Under the pieces are notes generated by a model. The model saw nothing but the letters and a program-made list of their open reading frames with translations. It made no database searches and was not told where the DNA came from. Made by a program: the position numbers and the translations under genes. A DNA stretch of 64,000 bases from Candidatus Thorarchaeota archaeon (GTDB lineage: Archaea > Asgardarchaeota > Thorarchaeia > Thorarchaeales > Thorarchaeaceae): NCBI GenBank assembly GCA_963726195.1, contig CAVSBO010000015.1, positions 32,001 to 96,000 on the forward strand, written 5' to 3'. Positions 58,698-64,000 of this stretch are shown here, piece by piece (the stretch's first letter is position 1; each line of letters opens with the position of its first letter).

Positions 58698-60726
58698 GTG
58701 GTTTTCTTGCAAACTGATGTCTCGAAGGCAATGACGATCAAGCTGTCATCGGAACTTCCTCCCGACCCTGTCTTTGACCCGAAGCACAGGAGAGCTCCGG
58801 ACAGGGGTTTCGATTTGGACCCTCAGGAGACCGTCATAGCTATCAAGAACGCACTGAGGTACGTGCCTCAGAACCTGCATGCTAAGCTGGCACCCGAATT
58901 CCTGAACGAGCTGATTACTCGCGGAAGAGTCTATGCTTACCGCTATCGTCCGCCGGGCGCCATCAGAGCGAAGCCCGTCGATGAGTACAAGGGCGTTCTC
59001 GAGGCCAGAGCATTGCAGCTGATGATGGACAACAACGTCAGCTTCGAAGTTGCCCTCTACCCGTATGAACTGGTGACCTACGGCGAGAGCGGCCAAGTCT
59101 GTCAGAACTGGATGCAATTCCAATTAATCAAGAAGTACTTGGAAACAATGACTGAGGACCAGACCTTGGTCGTCAGCTCTGGACATCCCGTCGGCCTGTT
59201 TCCGTTCTCACAAGAATGCTCCTCGGGCCATCCTAACGAATGGTCTGATGGTGGGTATGTTCGACACTCCGGAAGGATTTCATCGGGCTGCGGTTCTTGG
59301 GGTTGCGAATTACGCGCAAATGACAGCAGGGGGCTGGATGTATATTGGCCCGCAGGGGATCGTCCACGGCACCTACATCACGCTGCTGAACGCTGGCCGA
59401 CTCTATCTCGGTATTCCACAGAATCAGGACATACGCGGTAGGGTCTACCTCTCTTCGGGTCTAGGCGGTATGAGTGGGGCTCAAGGAAAGGCAGTCGAGA
59501 TTGCAGGTGGAATCGGTGTCATTGCTGAAGTTGACAAGAGCCGCATAGACACAAGAAAGGAGCAGGGCTGGCTGAGCAAGTGGTCTGCCGACTTGAAGGA
59601 AGTCTTCAACTGGGTTGACCAGTATCGCAAGAAGAAGGAGCCGATATCCATCGGTTACTATGGCAATGTCGTGGATCTCTGGCAGTACGTAGTAGACCAC
59701 AAGATCCCAATCGACTTGGCATCCGATCAGACCTCCTGCCACGATGCTTATGGTGGTGGATACACTCCACAAGGTGTTACTTTCGAAGAAGGCAGAGAGT
59801 TACTCAAGAGCGACCGTGAACGGTTCAAGCAGCTGGTCGACGCATCACTTCGCAAGCAATTCGAGTTCATTCTTACGATGACAAAGCGGGGCACTCATTT
59901 CTGGGACTACGGTAACAGCTTCATGAAAGCAGTCTTTGATGCAGGTGTCATGGCGATTGCTAGGAACGGTAAGGATACCATGGAGGGCTTCATCTTTCCG
60001 TCGTATGTAGAAGACATCATGGGTCCAATCTGTTTCGACTATGGTTATGGTCCGTTCCGTTGGGTCTGCTTGAGCGGGAAGCACGAGGATTTGATAGCAA
60101 CCGACAAGGCAGCGATGAAGCGCATTGACCCGAATCGGCGCGGGCAGGACCGTGACAATCACACTTGGATTCGCGATGCGGAGAAGAACAACTTGGTCGT
60201 CGGCTCGCAGGCGAGGATTCTCTATTCAGACGCTGGCGGCAGAGTGAAGATAGCACTGGAGTTCAACAGGATGGTGCGAGAAGGCAAGATTGGACCTGTA
60301 ATGCTTGGCCGCGATCACCACGATACTGGTGGAACAGATTCGCCATTCAGAGAGACGTCGAACATACGAGACGGAAGCAACGTCATGAGCGACATGGCTC
60401 ATCAATGCTGGGCGGGAAACGCTGCACGCGGGATGACGCTGTGTGTTCTGTCAAATGGTGGAGGAGTAGGAACGGGAAAAGCCATCAACGGTGGCTTTGG
60501 ACTGGTTCTCGACGGCACGCCAAGAGTGGATGAAATCATCAAGTCTGCAGTGGATTGGGACGTAATGGGCGGCGTTGCTCGCAGGGCTTGGGCACAGAAT
60601 GATCATGCTATCGAGACTGCGGTTGCATGGAATGACAGTATGAAAGGCAGAGGCCATGTCACGCTCCCATTCATGCCGCAAGAAGGCCTCGTAGAAAAGC
60701 TCGTGAAGAAAGCCCTCGAGAAATGA
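58698..60726 (+). CDS. hutU: Urocanate hydratase, long (~675 aa) form; frameshift near 59205
   Basis: 'NALRY', 'PYELVTYG', 'QMTAGGWMYIGPQGIVHGT', 'GLGGMSGAQ', 'SDQTSCH', 'GPFRWVC', 'GRDHHD'. Confidence 0.95.
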
Positions 60727-60742
60727 GAGAGCTTGGTGTCAG

Positions 60743-61826
60743 CTACAGTGGAGCTGCATTTTGCCTCCTACGCATCCTGCCAACAACAGCTTTGGTTCCA
60801 GTCCAAACAAAGAGCGAAGGCCCAACCATCAGTATCATCAAGTAGAGCACGCCTCCCACAACCGAGTCGATGATGGGTGCCGCGCACATGATTATTATCA
60901 ATACCACAAGTGCGCCAAAGCAGTACTCAATGCCCCTCCACGTAATCATTCGGAAAGGCGAGGCGGGCTCCATGCCGGTTTCGTCTCTCGCGGGGTCTGT
61001 CAGGATTAGCATCACAACAAACGCATACAGACTTAAGGTCAGAAGGATCGTCGTCAGGCTTGGAATGGCTTCGGGCCGAAGAAGCGGGAATGTCACGACG
61101 TAGAAGAGCAAAACGTACAGAGTGACTATGGAGAATCCTGTTCTGCCAAGTCTTAGAGAGTGAATCGACATCTGCCCTCTATACCTATGCCTGATCAATC
61201 TCACAAGAAGGACGATTATTATCAGACTAACAAGCGCAGTCAGACCTGCCCGCTAGTACATTCAGGAGTGAGTTGGCCGAGAGAAAGGCTGCCCCACCTA
61301 CGAAAACGATTCCAAACAGAATCGAAGTATGCTTGCTTCTCTTCAAGAACCCAATGTGGCTTGGAAGCACAATCCGCGTAACATCTCGTCCTTCGCCAAT
61401 GGATACTGCAATAATCTGGAAGACGAGTACTGGTACAATGAATGACATGACTGGGTGCCAGAAGAAGACAATGACAGGTACCTCCGCCACAGCGAACCCG
61501 AGCACAGTACCCCATGCTGGTGCCTGTCCGAAATAGCCCGCCCATACTACTTTCGTGATCCAAGACTCGTATAGGCCAAAGAGCACCCCTAGGAGGTACA
61601 GGTCAGAAATCGAGGTACGTCTGAGTCTGAATGCGATGTTGAGGAAAAACAGTGTGTGAGACCAGTAAAGAGGCAGCGTCACGAGCCAAGACCAAACACT
61701 AAGGAACCAAAGTACGGAGGAACCAGAAAACGCCTCTGCAAACACCATGGAAAGGATCCCCACGAGTACTAACGCAAGCGGCCTAGAGCCAGTGGCTACG
61801 TCTTTGTCAATCACGTGGTATGCCAA
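60743..61826 (-). CDS. Hypothetical multi-pass membrane protein; frameshift near 61250
   Basis: Two adjacent hydrophobic ORFs (61227..61826 and 60743..61204); 'FAEAFSGS', 'GLYESWITKV', 'FWHP'. Confidence 0.65.
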
Positions 61827-62027
61827 TGTGCAAGCTTCCGATATCTCTTCTTCTGACTACGTGGTGACAGCTTTGCGGTGTGGAGCAGATAATGAAGCTC
61901 AGGAGCAAATCGTGGGAAAGCACCGAGACCGGTGGTTCGGTTGATTGACTACGGTACGGGCGTGGCGCCTGTCTCACTGATTAAGTTAAGTACCGGGAAT
62001 TATCATTCACGATGGAACTGAATCGAG

Positions 62028-63569
62028 GTGAAACCTGTGACTGTAATCGTCGATGGCACAAGTCTCACAATCGATGATGTCATCCGTGTCGCAAGGCACA
62101 CAGAGCAGACCAAGCTTGCGGATTCTGCCCGTGATGGGATTCTCAACAGCCGCGGCGTCGTTGATGCGGCCGTAAAGTCAGGTCGCACGGTATACGGCGT
62201 TAACACTGGTTTTGGTGATCTTGCCCAAGTAACCATACCGAAGAAAGACCTCTCCCGTTTGCAGCTGAACCTGATAAGGAGTCACAGCGCAGGCGTAGGC
62301 CAACCCTTCTCCTCTGATGTAGTGCGGGCAATGATGCTTCTCAGAGCCAATGCATTGGCGAAAGGCTACTCCGGTGTACGCCCCGAAGTCATAGAGACCT
62401 TGCTTGAGATGGTCAACCGCGGAGTCACACCTGTGGTACCTCAACAGGGATCTGTTGGTTCGAGTGGTGACCTTGCGCCGCTTGCACACATGGTCCTAGT
62501 TCTGATAGGAGAGGGAGAGGCTTACTACGAAGCCGCGAAGCTCGATGGAGCGTCTGCGATGAGAAAAGCGAAACTGAAGCCCATTGTTCTGGAGGAGAAG
62601 GAGGGAGTCTCTCTCATCAATGGCACTCAGCCCATGACTGCGGTAGGTGCCTTGACAGTTCACGATGCGATGGACCTTGTTAGAGATGCCTCAATTGCTG
62701 CTGCATTGAGTCTGGAAGCTCTCAGAGGAACAAGAAAGGCCTTTGATGAACGGATACATTCGGTGCGACCTCACAAAGGCCAGATTGCAGTTGCAGCGGC
62801 CATGAGAACAATTCTTAGCGACAGTGAAATCAACAGGTCCCATGCAAACTCTGGGAAGGTTCAAGATGCTTACTCGCTCAGGTGCATTCCTCAGGTTCTC
62901 GGTGCGTCACTGGACACGATCAGATATGTGAGTAACGTCATCCAAGTGGAGATTAACTCTGCAACCGACAACCCCCTCGTATTCTCTGATACGGGGGAAG
63001 TCATCTCAGGCGGCAATTTCCATGGAGAACCCATAGCACTGGCAATGGATTTCTTGGGTATAGCACTGTCCGAAATCGCCAACATATCCGAAAGAAGGGT
63101 GAACCGGCTGGTCGACCCAAAGCTGAGCGGTCTCCCTCCATTCCTCACACGAGATAGCGGGATTCAATCAGGCATGATGATCGCTCAATACACAGCAGCC
63201 GCACTTGTCTCCGAGAACAAGGTGTTGGCACATCCTGCAAGTGTGGACTCGATACCTACGAGTGCTGATCAGGAAGACCATGTGAGCATGGGGACAATAG
63301 CTGCCAGGAAGGCTTCCCTGATACTGGAGAATGTCCAGAATGTTATTGCGATAGAATACATGTGTGCTACCCAGGGCGTGGACTTGCTCTCACCGCTGAA
63401 ACCCTCAGAGCCTCTTCAGAAGGCGACGGCAGTGATTAGGAATTCTGTAAGGACTCTCGAGGATGACAGATCACTGCAACCCGACATAGCAAAGATAAGA
63501 GAACTGATGAAATCGGGAGCCATCGTGAATGAGGTGGAGAAGATTACCGGTCATCTCTATGAGGAATGA
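62028..63569 (+). CDS. hutH: Histidine ammonia-lyase
   Basis: 'YGVNTGFG', 'NLIRSHSAG' (SH specificity pair), 'GSVGSSGDLAPL', 'QDAYSLRC', 'GGNFHG', 'QEDHVSM'. Confidence 0.96.
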   Translation: MKPVTVIVDGTSLTIDDVIRVARHTEQTKLADSARDGILNSRGVVDAAVKSGRTVYGVNTGFGDLAQVTIPKKDLSRLQLNLIRSHSAGVGQPFSSDVVRAMMLLRANALAKGYSGVRPEVIETLLEMVNRGVTPVVPQQGSVGSSGDLAPLAHMVLVLIGEGEAYYEAAKLDGASAMRKAKLKPIVLEEKEGVSLINGTQPMTAVGALTVHDAMDLVRDASIAAALSLEALRGTRKAFDERIHSVRPHKGQIAVAAAMRTILSDSEINRSHANSGKVQDAYSLRCIPQVLGASLDTIRYVSNVIQVEINSATDNPLVFSDTGEVISGGNFHGEPIALAMDFLGIALSEIANISERRVNRLVDPKLSGLPPFLTRDSGIQSGMMIAQYTAAALVSENKVLAHPASVDSIPTSADQEDHVSMGTIAARKASLILENVQNVIAIEYMCATQGVDLLSPLKPSEPLQKATAVIRNSVRTLEDDRSLQPDIAKIRELMKSGAIVNEVEKITGHLYEE

Positions 63570-63629
63570 GAATTCTCCACAAATGCGGTGCGAAGTGGTG
63601 TCCATAGGAACCGGGGGAATCTCCTTGTC

Positions 63630-64000
63630 CTAGGGTCCCAGTCTCGTGTGAATCACTTGACCATTTGCAATTACAGTGTGAACGAGATTCACTCCGAACC
63701 TATACGCCAAGTACTCGGGATTTGGGCAATCAAGGATGATGATGTCTGCCCTCTTGCCCTCTTCGATGCTTCCGATGCTGTGCCCGCGGCTCAATGCATG
63801 GGCGGCATTGATTGTCACCGCACTGATTGCTTCACGCGGATGCATCCTCATTTTGTGACAGGCCAGTGCAATCGTGAAGAAGAGCGATTCATTCGCACAG
63901 TTCGGATTGAAGTCGGTGGCTAACGCGATAGGGAGACCCATTTCAATCATCTTGCGTGCGTTCGCAAATTCGCTGTTCATGCTGAAGGAGGTCGCGGGCA
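63630..64000 (-). CDS. hutI: Imidazolonepropionase, C-terminal part (runs off the right edge)
   Basis: 'ALATDFNP', 'TINAAHAL', 'GSIEEGKRAD', 'YRFGVN'; adjacent to hutH. Confidence 0.88.
   Translation of the reverse strand, partial: PATSFSMNSEFANARKMIEMGLPIALATDFNPNCANESLFFTIALACHKMRMHPREAISAVTINAAHALSRGHSIGSIEEGKRADIIILDCPNPEYLAYRFGVNLVHTVIANGQVIHTRLGP

Noticed and set aside
973-61826. Programmed ribosomal frameshifting or mass pseudogenisation
   Set aside because: No shared slippery sequence, housekeeping genes are affected and there is no nonsense decay; sequencing indels are more parsimonious
279-63923. Many 60-200 aa antisense or alternate-frame ORFs in the track (e.g. 2209..2664, 13537..14043, 41342..41953)
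   Set aside because: They shadow well-supported genes and carry no motifs of their own
1-64000. CRISPR arrays, rRNA, integrases, transposases or defence systems
   Set aside because: No regularly spaced repeats, rRNA-like tracts or mobile-element motifs seen; coding density leaves no room for them

Overview
Gene-dense archaeal chromosomal segment. The evidence is the archaeal proteasome/exosome superoperon, isopentenyl phosphate kinase, TrmB/MEDS, DUF2096 and Hdr genes. An anaerobic heterotroph, probably Asgard (Thorarchaeia-like), is my inference and needs a marker phylogeny. From left to right: a PAS protein, an MtaA-like methyltransferase and a TrmB-MEDS regulator; a membrane alpha/beta hydrolase; ahcY; a prenyl-alcohol kinase plus IPK operon; an acyl-CoA ligase divergent from a 2-hydroxyacyl-CoA dehydratase and activase; korDABC-type oxidoreductase genes; a 13-kb Hdr island (three HdrCB pairs, two double-flavin HdrA, one MvhD-fused, and an embedded class I aldolase); a GPH transporter with a dehydrogenase-FGGY kinase-class II aldolase-AOR operon bracketed by two SCP2 lipid-carrier paralogues (best candidate for an undescribed system); a NikR-fold regulator with a 6-16-6 operator beside a Znu-type ABC transporter; psmA-sdo1-rrp4-rrp41-rrp42-rpl37ae-Brix-pcc1-pfdB-DUF3194-DHH; an ECF module; dinB/DUF2769 with a duplication relic; and hutU/hutH/hutI. 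About 17 single-base frameshifts, some in housekeeping genes, point to uncorrected long-read indels rather than pseudogenes. I found no rRNA, tRNA, CRISPR array or mobile element. All family calls are motif recognition by eye, without database searches.
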